From Ilumatobacteraceae bacterium (GTDB lineage Bacteria > Actinomycetota > Acidimicrobiia > Acidimicrobiales > Ilumatobacteraceae), in assembly GCA_963734555.1 (NCBI GenBank), contig CAVTHQ010000010.1, positions 21,896 through 85,895 of the forward strand: a stretch of DNA of 64,000 nucleotides, given 5' to 3'. Each line of letters starts with the position of its first letter. Position 1 is the stretch's first letter. A program made the position numbers and the translations under genes. Below the pieces are notes generated by a model that saw nothing but the letters and a program-made list of their open reading frames with translations, did no database searches and had not been told where the DNA came from. Below, one piece after another: positions 1 to 13,295 of this stretch.

Positions 1-1
1 G

Positions 2-376
2 GCGGGCCTGGCCCGCAGCGGTGCGACCCACGACCAGCTGAAGCCCGGCACCGACTTGTGGACGTTCCCCGACGGCCACGCCATCATCGTGCTGGCCGAG
101 GGACGGTTGGTCAATCTCGGCTGCGCCACCGGCCATCCCAGCTTCGTCATGAGCTGCTCGTTCAGCAACCAGGTGATCGCTCAGATGGAGCTGTTCAACA
201 ACGTCGAGCAGTATCCGCTCGGCGTGCACGTGCTGCCCAAGAAGCTCGACGAGAAGGTTGCTGCACTGCATCTCGAGGCGCTCGGGGTGAAGCTCACCAA
301 GCTCACCGACGAGCAGGCCGACTACCTCGGTGTCGAACCGTCGGGCCCCTTCAAACCGGACCACTACAGGTACTAG
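2..376 (+). CDS. ahcY: S-adenosyl-L-homocysteine hydrolase, 3-prime fragment (5-prime end lies outside the window)
   Basis: The frame is open from the window edge to TAG 374-376. The peptide [25 protein letters not shown]...[13 protein letters not shown]...FKPDHYRY is the conserved AdoHcy hydrolase C-terminus (family knowledge). Confidence 0.9.
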   Translation, partial: AGLARSGATHDQLKPGTDLWTFPDGHAIIVLAEGRLVNLGCATGHPSFVMSCSFSNQVIAQMELFNNVEQYPLGVHVLPKKLDEKVAALHLEALGVKLTKLTDEQADYLGVEPSGPFKPDHYRY

Positions 377-993
377 GCGGGGGCGAGGGTTCGCTGGGGT
401 TGTACCGCCAGCCGGGGGATGAGGACGTGCACCAGCGGGCCGATGCCGAGCATGAACGCGACCGTGCCGATGCCGATGTGGCCGCCCAGCACGACACCGA
501 TGGCGAGCACCAACGCCTCCTGCACGGTGCGCACGACACGCACCGAGTAGCCGCGTGCCGCGATGCCAACCATGATCCCGTCGCGAGGCCCAGGACCCAG
601 CCCGGCTCCGATGTACAAGCCAGAGCCGATGGCGATCACCACGACCGCGGCGACGACGTAAGCCAGGCGGGGGATCAGCCGATCCGTTGACGGTAGGTGG
701 CTGCCGACCAGGTTGACGACGAGGCCGATCTCGACGGCGTTGAGGATCGTTCCCACGCCGGGACGCTGCCGCAGCGGGATCCACAACAGGAGCAAGAGCA
801 CGCTGGTGATCTCGATCACCCAGCCGAGCTTCAGGCCGACGTGGTTGGCGACGCCTTGATGAAAGACGTCCCACGGCGCCAGGCCGAGGCGAGCCGTCAC
901 GAACATGCTGATGCCCGAGCCGAAGCACGCCAACCCGACGACGCAGCGCGTCAGCCGTTGGAGGGGTCGATCGGCAAGTGCGGCTGGCAGCAC
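373..993 (-). CDS. YczE/YitT-like integral membrane protein
   Basis: 206-aa ORF, almost entirely hydrophobic with about 5-6 TM segments. The family assignment is from memory only. Its 3-prime end overlaps the ahcY stop by 4 nt (convergent). Confidence 0.55.
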   Translation of the reverse strand: MLPAALADRPLQRLTRCVVGLACFGSGISMFVTARLGLAPWDVFHQGVANHVGLKLGWVIEITSVLLLLLWIPLRQRPGVGTILNAVEIGLVVNLVGSHLPSTDRLIPRLAYVVAAVVVIAIGSGLYIGAGLGPGPRDGIMVGIAARGYSVRVVRTVQEALVLAIGVVLGGHIGIGTVAFMLGIGPLVHVLIPRLAVQPQRTLAPA

Positions 994-1044
994 GACGCGA
1001 CCCTACCCACGGCTCTGTCACACCCTCCTGGTACTGATTGCACC

Positions 1045-1659
1045 ATGTTCTTCACCAAGCGTTGCGCAGCGTGCGGATCTCCGGGCGAGCGGGTGCTGTG
1101 CCATCGCTGCCGGTTCTCGATCGCCTCGGTCGGTCTGGCGCGCAGCCCTCAGGGCATCCGTGCGGTGTTCCCGTTCGAAGGCTTGCCGAGAGATCTCATC
1201 GTCGCCCTGAAGTTCCGCCACCGTCGCGATGCCGCTGGGGTGCTGGCCGGCCAGCTGGTTCGTCGCCTGCCATTGCGCCAGGTCGACGTCGTCACGTGGG
1301 CACCCACCAGTTCACGCCGCGCCCGTCGGCGCGGCTACGACCAGGCCGAGGCGATCGCCCAAGCCGTGGCTCGCGAGCTCGGCGTGCCGTGCCGGCGGTT
1401 GTTGTATCGAGCCCACGGCACGGCGCAAACCGGTAAGTCGCGCGCAGATCGTCTGGTTGGTCCGGCTTTTCGGGCCAGACGGCCTCGTGCCGGGCTCAGC
1501 GTGCTGGTCGTCGACGATGTCGTCACCACCGGTGCCACCTTGCGCGCGGCTGGGCAGGCGTTGCGTTCGGCGGGCGTCGCCAACGTCGAGCTCGTGGCCG
1601 CGGCCAGTGCGCAGCGACGGGTGCCGGCACCGGCTCCGTCGAGGCCGGTGGCAAGCTGA
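1045..1659 (+). CDS. ComF-family phosphoribosyltransferase
   Basis: ATG 1045 lies in frame within the 697..1659 ORF. There is an N-terminal Cys pair motif CAACGS...CHRC and a C-terminal PRTase motif VLVVDDVVTTGATL. Confidence 0.8.
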   Translation: MFFTKRCAACGSPGERVLCHRCRFSIASVGLARSPQGIRAVFPFEGLPRDLIVALKFRHRRDAAGVLAGQLVRRLPLRQVDVVTWAPTSSRRARRRGYDQAEAIAQAVARELGVPCRRLLYRAHGTAQTGKSRADRLVGPAFRARRPRAGLSVLVVDDVVTTGATLRAAGQALRSAGVANVELVAAASAQRRVPAPAPSRPVAS

Positions 1660-1710
1660 CCGGGCTGTGCCAAGGTCGGCGAGGCCCTCGCCGGTAGGCT
1701 GTCTACCCGC

Positions 1711-4488
<2,778 letters not shown>

Positions 4489-4597
4489 TCGGGACTGGTC
4501 TCCGCTTCGCTTCGACTGCTCCCTCCGTGTCTCCGGCTCCCTGGCGGTCGCTCGTCGACCTGCCTCGATCATCTAGCCAACTCGTCACGTCCCCCAC

Positions 4598-5698
4598 ATG
4601 CGCGATTACTCCGACGACTTGAAAGAACTCCGCCGCCGGCTCGGCGAGGCGGAGGGCTATCTGAAGATCGAATCCAACCGAGCCCGGTTGATCGAGCTCG
4701 AACACGAGGTTGCCCGCCCCGACCTGTGGGACGATCAGGATCTGGCGAAGAAGATCAACACCGAGTACGCCAACGTCAAGACCGACATCGAGCAATTCGA
4801 TCTCCTTGCCCGCGAGCTCGAAGACGCCGAAGTGCTGCACGAGTTGGCTCGCGAGGTCGACGATGCGTCGCAGGAGCCCGACCTCGATGCGGCGGTCAAG
4901 TCGATCACGGATCGCCTCGACCAGCTCGACCTGCGCAGCCTGTTCACCGGCGAGCACGACGAGGCCGATTGCATCGTGCAGATCAATGCCAAAGACGGCG
5001 GCGTCGATGCCCAGGACTGGGCCGAGATCCTGTTGCGGATGTACGGCCGCTGGGCCGAGCGTCGGGGTTTCGGCTACGAGATCGACGGCATCAGCGAAGG
5101 TGCTGAAGCCGGCATCATGTCGGCCGAGTTCACCATCACCGGGCGGTACGCCTACGGGCTGATGACGTCCGAACGGGGAACGCACCGCTTGGTGCGCATC
5201 AGTCCGTTCGACAACCAAGGCCGGCGGCAGACCAGCTTTGCAAACGTGCAGGTGTGGCCGGTGATGGATGCGCTCGATCTGGAGGTCAACGATGCCGACA
5301 TTCGCATGGAGGTGTTCCGGGCCAGCGGCGCCGGTGGCCAGCACGTCAACAAGACCTCATCGGCCGTCCGCCTGATCCACGAGCCGACCGGGCTGGTGGC
5401 GTCCTCGCAGGAGGAGCGCAGCCAGCTGCAGAACCGCGAGAAGGCGATGAACCGTCTGCGCACGATGATCGCCGCCAAGATCGAAGAAGAGCGCGAGGCC
5501 GAGCTCGACAGCATCGCCGGCAGGCAGGCTCAGGTCGGATGGGGGAGTCAGATCCGCTCGTACGTCGTGCAGCCTTACCAGATGGTGAAAGACCTGCGTA
5601 CGGAGGTCGAGTCGAGCAACGTGACCGCAGTGCTCGACGGCGATCTCGACGAGTTCATGGAGGGCTACCTGCGGTGGCGACGGCGGGAAGCGGAATGA
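4598..5698 (+). CDS. prfB: Peptide chain release factor 2 (single uninterrupted ORF)
   Basis: 366 aa with the SPF tripeptide (RISPFD) and GGQ motif (SGAGGQHVNKT). There is no in-frame TGA near codon 26. Confidence 0.95.
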   Translation: MRDYSDDLKELRRRLGEAEGYLKIESNRARLIELEHEVARPDLWDDQDLAKKINTEYANVKTDIEQFDLLARELEDAEVLHELAREVDDASQEPDLDAAVKSITDRLDQLDLRSLFTGEHDEADCIVQINAKDGGVDAQDWAEILLRMYGRWAERRGFGYEIDGISEGAEAGIMSAEFTITGRYAYGLMTSERGTHRLVRISPFDNQGRRQTSFANVQVWPVMDALDLEVNDADIRMEVFRASGAGGQHVNKTSSAVRLIHEPTGLVASSQEERSQLQNREKAMNRLRTMIAAKIEEEREAELDSIAGRQAQVGWGSQIRSYVVQPYQMVKDLRTEVESSNVTAVLDGDLDEFMEGYLRWRRREAE

Positions 5699-5762
5699 AC
5701 CCGTTAGTGTTTGCCGAGCTCTGGGCGGGGCGGCGGCTGCAGGCGTGCGTGGAGAAAGTCCG

Positions 5763-6436
<674 letters not shown>

Positions 6437-6440
<4 letters not shown>

Positions 6441-7339
6441 TTTCGCGCCTGCGCTACACGCTGCGCGAGATGTGGGCCAGTCTCACCCGCAACCTCACGC
6501 TCACGGTCGCCGCCGTCATCACGTCGATGGTGTCGCTGTTCTTGTTCGGCATGACCCTGCTCATCCAGCAGGCCTTCGACAACCAGCTCAGCCAGTGGAC
6601 GGGCGGGGTGAAGATGATCGTCTACGTCAACAACGGAGCCCCCGACACGGCGATCGCCACGATCAAAGAAGCGCTGGAAAGCCGCCCGGAGATCATCAAG
6701 AACGTTCAGTACTGCTCGGTCGAGTGCTCGCTCGCCCAGGCGCAGAAGTTGTTCGCTGCCGACCCCGAGTCGCTGAAGTTCCTGTCGGCGTCGAACATCC
6801 CGTCGTACTTCGCTGTCGAGCCGGTCGACAAGCAGAGCATCGTGCAGCTGCTGAGCATCCGCGACTCCTTCGTCGCCTTGCCCGGCGTGCGCAGCGCCGA
6901 CTTTCCGTCCGATCAGATCACGGTCCTCGGCAAGCTCAAATCGTTCTTCGGCGTGCGAACGTACGTGATGTCGGGTGTGCTGTTGTTCGCTTCGATCCTG
7001 CTGATCTGGAACACGATTCGAACTGCCATGTTCGCTCGCCGTCGAGAGATCGAGGTGATGAAGTTGGTCGGGGCAACCAACTGGTTCATCCGATTACCGT
7101 TCATGCTCGAGGGCCTGCTCCAAGGTCTTGCCGGTGCCGCGCTCGGCAGCGTGCTGTTGCTGTTGGGCAACGCCGACTGGACGTCGGGTGTGCGCAAGTT
7201 TCCCTCGACGGCCGGCCTCGGAGGGTTCGTCGTCACCGACGGTTACCCCATCAGGGTGGTCATCTTCATGGTGTTGCTCGGTGCGTTCGTCGGTGCGGTC
7301 GGTTCCGCCACCGCCGCCAGCCGCTTCCTTGACGTCTAG
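6437..7339 (+). CDS. ftsX: Cell-division permease-like protein FtsX
   Basis: 300 aa, with an N-terminal TM segment, an extracytoplasmic domain and three C-terminal TM segments. It is translationally coupled to ftsE. Confidence 0.85.
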
Positions 7340-7426
7340 CGGGCTCGTCGTCCGCTTCGCTTTCTCCTCGCGCCGCCTGCGGCTCGTCGCTGGCGCTTCC
7401 CTCACCGCCGTGTCTAACTTCGCTGG

Positions 7427-8287
7427 ATGGAATACACGCAGATCCTCTACGACGTCGATGATCGCGTTGCGACCATCACGCTGAACCGGCCCGACCAGCT
7501 CAACGCCTTCACCACCAGGATGATGCGCGAACTGATCGACGCCTTCGATCGCGTCGATGGCGACGACGAGGTGCGCGCCGTGATCGTCACCGGCGCGGGT
7601 CGTGGCTTCTGCGCCGGTGCCGACCTGTCGGCCGGGGGGGCGACGTTCGCCAAGGGTGGCAGCGAGGAGCAGACGGCGGCAGGAGTGCCCCGCGATGGCG
7701 GGGGCATGGTGTCGCTGCGAATCTTCGAGTCCACCAAACCGGTGATCGCCGCGATCAACGGCGCGGCCGTCGGCGTTGGCATCACCATGGCGTTGCCGAT
7801 GGACATCCGCCTGGCCAGCACGTCGGCCAAGATCGGGTTCGTCTTCGCTCGCCGGGGGATCGTGCCGGAAGCCTGCTCGGCGTGGTTCTTGCCCCGCCTG
7901 GTCGGCATCAGCCAGGCCTTGGAATGGTGCTATTCGGGGCGGGTCTTCGGGGCGGACGAGGCGCTGGCCGGTGGTCTGGTGCGCAGCGTCCACGAGCCCG
8001 ACGATCTGCTGCCGGCAGCGCGAGCCATCGCCTCGGAGATCGCCGATCAGTCGTCGCCGGTCAGCGTGGCGCTGACGCGGCGGATGTTGTGGTCGATGCT
8101 CACGGCCGACCATCCGATGGAGGCGCATCGCGTCGATTCCCGGGCGATCCTCCAGCGTGGGCGTAGTGCCGATGCACGCGAGGGCGTGGAGAGCTTCCTG
8201 GAAAAGCGTCGAGCGGTGTTCACCGACAGGGTCAGCGATGGTCTGCCCGACGTCTTCCCGGAGCCGCTGAGCCGAAAGTTCTCGTAA
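7427..8287 (+). CDS. Enoyl-CoA hydratase/isomerase (crotonase) family protein
   Basis: ITLNRPDQLNAF and GRGFCAGADL oxyanion-hole motifs; 286 aa. Confidence 0.85.
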   Translation: MEYTQILYDVDDRVATITLNRPDQLNAFTTRMMRELIDAFDRVDGDDEVRAVIVTGAGRGFCAGADLSAGGATFAKGGSEEQTAAGVPRDGGGMVSLRIFESTKPVIAAINGAAVGVGITMALPMDIRLASTSAKIGFVFARRGIVPEACSAWFLPRLVGISQALEWCYSGRVFGADEALAGGLVRSVHEPDDLLPAARAIASEIADQSSPVSVALTRRMLWSMLTADHPMEAHRVDSRAILQRGRSADAREGVESFLEKRRAVFTDRVSDGLPDVFPEPLSRKFS

Positions 8288-8392
8288 AGCCGGCCGCGGT
8301 GCGTGCCGATGTGACAAACGCAACGGTACGAAATGGGCATGTTCCCGACTCCTATCCGTTGTGTTGGACAACTCGGAGAGGGCGGACTACAC

Positions 8393-8590
8393 ATGAACAC
8401 AACCACCGCGACCCGGCTTCGTGCCGGTGACGTGATCGAATTGGAGATCGACGGCGAGACGGTCTCAGCCCTGGTGCTGCTGGCCAACACCGAGACCGTG
8501 ATCTTCGACTTCTGCGACGACTCCATGCCCTGCGTGGCGCGCCAGGAAGACCTCATCAACGTTCGCGTGTTCGACGGTCTCCGCGTCTGA
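8393..8590 (+). CDS. Small hypothetical protein (65 aa)
   Basis: ATG 8393 is preceded by GGAGAG. I recognised no family. The ORF track extends it to 8333. Confidence 0.35.
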   Translation: MNTTTATRLRAGDVIELEIDGETVSALVLLANTETVIFDFCDDSMPCVARQEDLINVRVFDGLRV

Positions 8591-8612
8591 TCACCGGTAG
8601 CCTCGGCGGTCG

Positions 8613-9032
8613 ATGACCGACGAGGTGACGCTGTACGAGGCCGCTGGCGGGATGGCCTTCTTCGAGCGCCTGGTCGACACCTTCTACGAGGGCGTGGCGG
8701 GCGACGACGTCTTGTTGCCGCTGTACCCGGAGGCACCAGATCTCAGCGGCGCGCGGCACCGGCTCACCCTGTTCCTCGCCCAGTACTGGGGAGGTCCGAC
8801 GACGTACAGCGACGAGCGCGGCCACCCACGACTGCGCATGCGACACATGCCCTTCACGGTCGGGCCGGCGCAACGCGACCGATGGCTGGTGCACATGGGG
8901 TCTGCGGTGGCGCGGTGCTCGCCGTCGCCGGCGATCGCCGAGCGGCTGATGGCCTACTTCGTGCCGGCGGCCGAGCAGATGCGCAACGACACCGGCTTGC
9001 CGATCTCCTCGCCTGCTCAGCGCAGGGCGTAA
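8613..9032 (+). CDS. glbO: Group II truncated haemoglobin (trHbO)
   Basis: 139 aa. LYEAAGG...FFERLVDTFYEGV...YWGGPTTYSDERGHPRLRMRHMPF is the trHbO signature (family knowledge). Confidence 0.85.
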   Translation: MTDEVTLYEAAGGMAFFERLVDTFYEGVAGDDVLLPLYPEAPDLSGARHRLTLFLAQYWGGPTTYSDERGHPRLRMRHMPFTVGPAQRDRWLVHMGSAVARCSPSPAIAERLMAYFVPAAEQMRNDTGLPISSPAQRRA

Positions 9033-9808
9033 CAGGCGATCGCTGCCGCAGCTGCCGCGTTGAGCGAATCGACCCCCGGCGACATGGGGATTCGAACTCG
9101 ATGCGCACTTGCCGCGACCGCTTCCGCCGACAAACCGGCCCGCTCGGACCCGATCACGATGGCCATCTTCGCGGTCACCGGAATGGCGCTGATGTCGTCG
9201 GCATCCGACGATGGGCTGAGTGCGCAGACGAGGAAGCCATCGTCGGCGAGGAGTCGCAACTCGTCGGGCAGGCGCGGGCAACGAGCCGCCGGGAAGCCGA
9301 TGGCGAGCCCCATGGAGACGCGTAGCGAGCGCCGGGAAAGTGGATCCGCGCTGGTCGAATCGAAGAGCATGCCGTCCCACCCGAGCGCCATCGCATTGCG
9401 GATGATCGAGCCGACGTTGATGGGGTTGTCGACGGCTTCGACGACGATCAATCGCGTCGCCAGCCTCCTCACGACGTCGGCCGGCGGCCGTGGTGGCCGC
9501 TCGAAGAGGGCGACGATCCCCTGGGGCATTCCGAGCTGGGTGACCATCGCTCGCACCTGGTCGCCACCGGAGTAGATCGGGACATCGCCGGGAAAGCGAT
9601 GCACCACTGATGGGGGCTTGGCCGCGTCGACCAGGGCGATCACGGCAGTGCATCCGGCGTCGAGCGCACGCTCGACGACGAGATCACCCTCGGCCATGAA
9701 CAGACCGTCGCCGTCGTCGCTGCGTCGTTGCCGCCGGCTGGCCAGGCCGCGTTCGTTGCGGCGGAAGCAGGCCAGCCGTGGATCGTCGGCGTCATCGATC
9801 TGGATCAC
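9017..9808 (-). CDS. TrmH/SpoU-family RNA 2-prime-O-methyltransferase
   Basis: 263 aa. The C-terminal SPOUT motifs are VVEAVDNPINVGSIIRNA, AIVIGSERAGLS and IPMSPGVDSLNAAAAAAIA. Confidence 0.8.
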   Translation of the reverse strand: MIQIDDADDPRLACFRRNERGLASRRQRRSDDGDGLFMAEGDLVVERALDAGCTAVIALVDAAKPPSVVHRFPGDVPIYSGGDQVRAMVTQLGMPQGIVALFERPPRPPADVVRRLATRLIVVEAVDNPINVGSIIRNAMALGWDGMLFDSTSADPLSRRSLRVSMGLAIGFPAARCPRLPDELRLLADDGFLVCALSPSSDADDISAIPVTAKMAIVIGSERAGLSAEAVAASAHRVRIPMSPGVDSLNAAAAAAIACYALR

Positions 9809-9809
9809 G

Positions 9810-10709
9810 TCAGAAGTGCCAGGAGAACTCGCTCCAGTCGGGCTGACGCTTCTCGACGAAGGCGGCTCGGCCTTCTTCGGCCTCGTCGGTGGCGTAGGCC
9901 AGGCGGGTCGCTTCGCCGGCGAAGACCTGTTGCCCGACGAGGCCGTCGTCGATCAGGTTGAAGGCGAACTTCAGCATGCGCTGCGCCGTGGGGCTCTTGC
10001 GGTTGATCTCCCTGGCCCATTGCAGCGCGGTGGACTCCAACTCGGCATGGGCGACCACGGCGTTGACCATCCCCATGCGATGGGCATCGGCAGCGGAGTA
10101 CTCGTGGCCGAGGAAGAAGATCTCGCGGGCGAACTTCTGGCCGACCTGGCGAGCGAGGTAGGCGCTGCCGAACCCGCCGTCGAAGCTCGCCACATCGGCG
10201 TCGGTCTGCTTGAACTTGGCGTGTTCTGCACTGGCCAACGTGAGGTCGCAGACGACATGCAGGCTGTGGCCTCCACCGACGGCCCAACCCGGCACGACGC
10301 AGATCACGATCTTGGGCATGAACCGGATCAGCCGCTGCACCTCGAGGATGTGCAGCCGTCCGGCGCGCCCAGGCTCGATCGTCGCTCGATCCTCGCCGGC
10401 CGCGTACTTGTAGCCGTCGCGCCCGCGGATGCGTTGGTCACCTCCGCTGCAGAACGCCCACCCGCCGTCCTTCGGTGAAGGTCCGTTGCCGGTCAGCAGC
10501 ACGCAGCCGACATCGGTCGTCATCCGAGCGTGATCGAGCGCGGTGTACAGCTGATCGACGGTTCGCGGCCGGAAGGCATTGCGCACCTCGGGGCGGTTGA
10601 AGGCGATGCGGACGGTGCCTTGGTCGACGGCGCGGTGGTAGGTGATGTCATCGAAGGCGAAGCCGGGCACATCGCGCCATGCAGCCGGATCGAACAGATC
10701 GGAGACCAT
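9810..10709 (-). CDS. menB: 1,4-dihydroxy-2-naphthoyl-CoA synthase
   Basis: 299 aa. TYHRAVDQGTVRIAFNRPEVRNAFRP, FCSGGDQRIRG and a C-terminal ...EKRQPDWSEFSWHF tail typical of MenB. Confidence 0.9.
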   Translation of the reverse strand: MVSDLFDPAAWRDVPGFAFDDITYHRAVDQGTVRIAFNRPEVRNAFRPRTVDQLYTALDHARMTTDVGCVLLTGNGPSPKDGGWAFCSGGDQRIRGRDGYKYAAGEDRATIEPGRAGRLHILEVQRLIRFMPKIVICVVPGWAVGGGHSLHVVCDLTLASAEHAKFKQTDADVASFDGGFGSAYLARQVGQKFAREIFFLGHEYSAADAHRMGMVNAVVAHAELESTALQWAREINRKSPTAQRMLKFAFNLIDDGLVGQQVFAGEATRLAYATDEAEEGRAAFVEKRQPDWSEFSWHF

Positions 10710-11502
10710 GGACCCATTGTGCTCCGTCGCGCACTGCTACGTTCAGCCCGTGAGCGGCTTGCAGATCTTCGGCGTTCCCGGTCTTCCCGAGATCGTCGAG
10801 GGCACCGACATTGCCGCGGCCATCGTCAGTGGCGCGAGCGGAGCGGGCATGGCACTTGCCGACGGTGACATCGTCGTGGTCACGTCGAAGATCGTCTCCA
10901 AGTCGGAGGGTCGAACGATCGAGCTCGCCGACATCGAGCCGTCGGCCTTCGCCGTGGAATGGTCTGCCAGATGGGACAAGGATCCCGCAGTCATCGAGGT
11001 GGTGCTGCGCGAGGCCAGGCGCATCGTCCGCCAGTTGGGACCGGTGCTGATCACCGAAACCCATCACGGTTTCGTCTGCGCCAACAGCGGTGTCGACCAG
11101 TCGTCGAGCGGCGCTCACGGACGGCTGGTTCTGCTACCGAACGACCCCGACGCATCGGCGCGGCGCTTGCGAGCCGACTTAGCTCGCCATGGTGTCGATG
11201 TGGCGGTGATCATCTCCGACACGTTCGGGCGAGCGTGGCGCGAAGGGCAGACCGACATCGCCATCGGCATCGCCGGCATGCACCCCATCCGCAGCTACAT
11301 CGGCCAGTTCGACCCGCATGGCCACGAGTTCAAGGTGCAGGCAGTCTGCCTGGCCGATGAGCTGGCCGGCGCAGCCGAGCTGGTGAAGGGCAACATCTCG
11401 CGAGTGCCGGTGGGTGTGATCCGCGGCTACGAGTGGGAGCCCGACGACACGGCGACCATTGCTCCGGTGCTGCGCGAACCCAGCCGCGACCTGTTCAGGT
11501 AG
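10708..11502 (+). CDS. cofE: Coenzyme F420:L-glutamate ligase (CofE/FbiB N-domain type)
   Basis: VVVTSKIVSKSEGR and ITETHHGFVCANSGVDQSS motifs. The start is uncertain. ATG 10708 shares the CCATGG palindrome with the menB start on the other strand; GTG 10750 is the alternative. Confidence 0.8.
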   Translation: MDPLCSVAHCYVQPVSGLQIFGVPGLPEIVEGTDIAAAIVSGASGAGMALADGDIVVVTSKIVSKSEGRTIELADIEPSAFAVEWSARWDKDPAVIEVVLREARRIVRQLGPVLITETHHGFVCANSGVDQSSSGAHGRLVLLPNDPDASARRLRADLARHGVDVAVIISDTFGRAWREGQTDIAIGIAGMHPIRSYIGQFDPHGHEFKVQAVCLADELAGAAELVKGNISRVPVGVIRGYEWEPDDTATIAPVLREPSRDLFR

Positions 11503-12427
11503 TCGTCCGGCCGGCACCCGCCGAGTACTCGACGGCGATCTGGGCAGCCAGCGCGGCATTCTGCTCGACGAGCGAGATGTTGGCCGTAAGGCTGCGCCCG
11601 CCTGTCTGGGCGACGATCCTCGACAGCAGGAACGGCGTGACCGCCTGACCGGTGATTCCGTGCGCCGCGAGCTGACCGAGGGCCTCGGAGATGACCCCAT
11701 CGATCTCCGCCGCCGGGATCTCGTCGGCTTCCGAGATGGGGTTGGCGATGCAGACCCCTCGCCGTAGTTCCAGCCCGTTCCACGTCGCGGCGAGCATCGC
11801 CGCGGCCTGCGAAGGGGTGTCGACGCGACGCGGTGCGGGACGGCCGCTCGATCGGCTGTAGAACGCCGGGAACTCGTCGCTGCCGACCACGACCACGGGG
11901 ACGCCCACCGTCTCGAGGTACTCCAGTGTGAGGGCGATGTCGAGGATCGACTTCACGCCGGCGCACACGACGGCAACCGGGGTGGCGGCCAACTCGGTGA
12001 GATCGGCCGAGATGTCGAACGTGGTGGACGCGTTGCGATGGACTCCGCCGATGCCACCGGTGGCGAACACTCGGATCCCTGCCAGCGCCGACAGGTGCAT
12101 GGTCGCGGCGACGGTCGTCGCGCCGGTTGCGCCGGTGGCCACGAGCCACGGAAGATCGCGAGTCGTCGCCTTGTGCACGTGCTCGCGGGTCGCCAGTGCC
12201 TCGATCTCGGCGGGGCTGAGCCCGACGCGGCAGACGCCGTCGATCACCGCGATGGTGGCCGGCGTGGCGCCGTGCTGGCGTACGATCGATTCCACCGCGC
12301 ACGCCATCTCGACGTTCTGCGGGTACGGCATGCCATGGCTGATGATCGTCGACTCCAGGGCAACCACGGGCCGCCCATCGTCAACGGCATGTCGGATCTC
12401 GTCGCTGATTCGAACGACAGATTGCAC
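11495..12427 (-). CDS. psuG: Pseudouridine-5-prime-phosphate glycosidase
   Basis: VVALESTIISHGMPYPQN signature. GTG 12427 lies 7 nt downstream of AGGAGG. The longer ORF-track start (12577) adds an unconserved extension. Confidence 0.9.
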   Translation of the reverse strand: MQSVVRISDEIRHAVDDGRPVVALESTIISHGMPYPQNVEMACAVESIVRQHGATPATIAVIDGVCRVGLSPAEIEALATREHVHKATTRDLPWLVATGATGATTVAATMHLSALAGIRVFATGGIGGVHRNASTTFDISADLTELAATPVAVVCAGVKSILDIALTLEYLETVGVPVVVVGSDEFPAFYSRSSGRPAPRRVDTPSQAAAMLAATWNGLELRRGVCIANPISEADEIPAAEIDGVISEALGQLAAHGITGQAVTPFLLSRIVAQTGGRSLTANISLVEQNAALAAQIAVEYSAGAGRTTT

Positions 12428-12491
12428 GTGGCCACCTCCTCGCCCCACCGTACCGTCGGATCGATCCCCGAGTAGGCCACACTGTGCGTCG

Positions 12492-13295
12492 ATGAGCGTG
12501 GAATCCGACGAACTGATCCGACTGACCTGTGATGGGGCGATCGCCACCATCTGGCTGAACCGGCCCGACAAACGCAACGCGATGAACTACGCGATGTGGA
12601 CGAAGCTCGAGGAGTTGGCGCTCGAGCTCGCGGCCGATGCCGACGTGCGGGTCGTGGTGCTGCGCGGCAGTGGGCGGCACTTCTGCGCCGGCGCCGACAT
12701 CACCGAGCTGAGCGTTGCCCGCGAACCAGGCGAGCGTTCGTTCGCGCACGTCAACATCGACGCCGAGTCGGCATTGGCGAACCTGCCGAAGCCGACGATT
12801 GCGTTCATCTCCGGCGACTGCATCGGCGGCGGTTGTGCCATGGCGATCGACTGCGACCTGCGCATCGCCACCAGCGACGCACGGTTCGGCATCACCCCGG
12901 CCAAGCTCGGCATCGTGTACCCGAGTGCCTCGTTGGAACGCGCGACTCACCTGCTCGGGCCCTCGGTCACGAAGCGGTTGTTGTACACCGGAGATCTGCT
13001 CACCGCCGACGAGGCCCGCCATGTCGGCCTGATCGACGAGATCGTCGATACCGCAGGCGGCGATGAACGACTTGCTACGTTGACCGGCGTGCTCGCCGCC
13101 CGATCGCTGTTGACCCAGGCAGCGACGAAGTCGATGCTGGCGGGGATCATGTCGCACGATCGCGTTCCCGATGCGGTGCGAAATCACTGGGCCGCGATCG
13201 CCGCCAACGCCCCCGACAGCGCCGAGGGAATCGCCGCGTTCGTCGAGAAGCGGCCGGCCCACTTCACGTGGCGGCCAGGACCCGATGACAAGTAG
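12492..13295 (+). CDS. Enoyl-CoA hydratase/isomerase family protein
   Basis: ATG 12492 in frame. IWLNRPDKRNAM and GRHFCAGADI motifs. The upstream part of the 455-aa ORF is antisense shadow of psuG. Confidence 0.85.
   Translation: MSVESDELIRLTCDGAIATIWLNRPDKRNAMNYAMWTKLEELALELAADADVRVVVLRGSGRHFCAGADITELSVAREPGERSFAHVNIDAESALANLPKPTIAFISGDCIGGGCAMAIDCDLRIATSDARFGITPAKLGIVYPSASLERATHLLGPSVTKRLLYTGDLLTADEARHVGLIDEIVDTAGGDERLATLTGVLAARSLLTQAATKSMLAGIMSHDRVPDAVRNHWAAIAANAPDSAEGIAAFVEKRPAHFTWRPGPDDK

Noticed and set aside
4598-5698. Programmed +1 frameshift site in prfB
   Set aside because: The RF2 ORF is continuous from its ATG. There is no in-frame UGA or CUU-UGA-C motif near codon 26, so autoregulatory frameshifting is absent here.
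10706-10711. menB and cofE start codons overlapping on opposite strands within a CCATGG palindrome
   Set aside because: This is real in the sequence, but cofE may instead start at GTG 10750, directly before the conserved GLQIFGVPGLPEI N-terminus. That would remove the oddity, so it is not decidable without N-terminal data.
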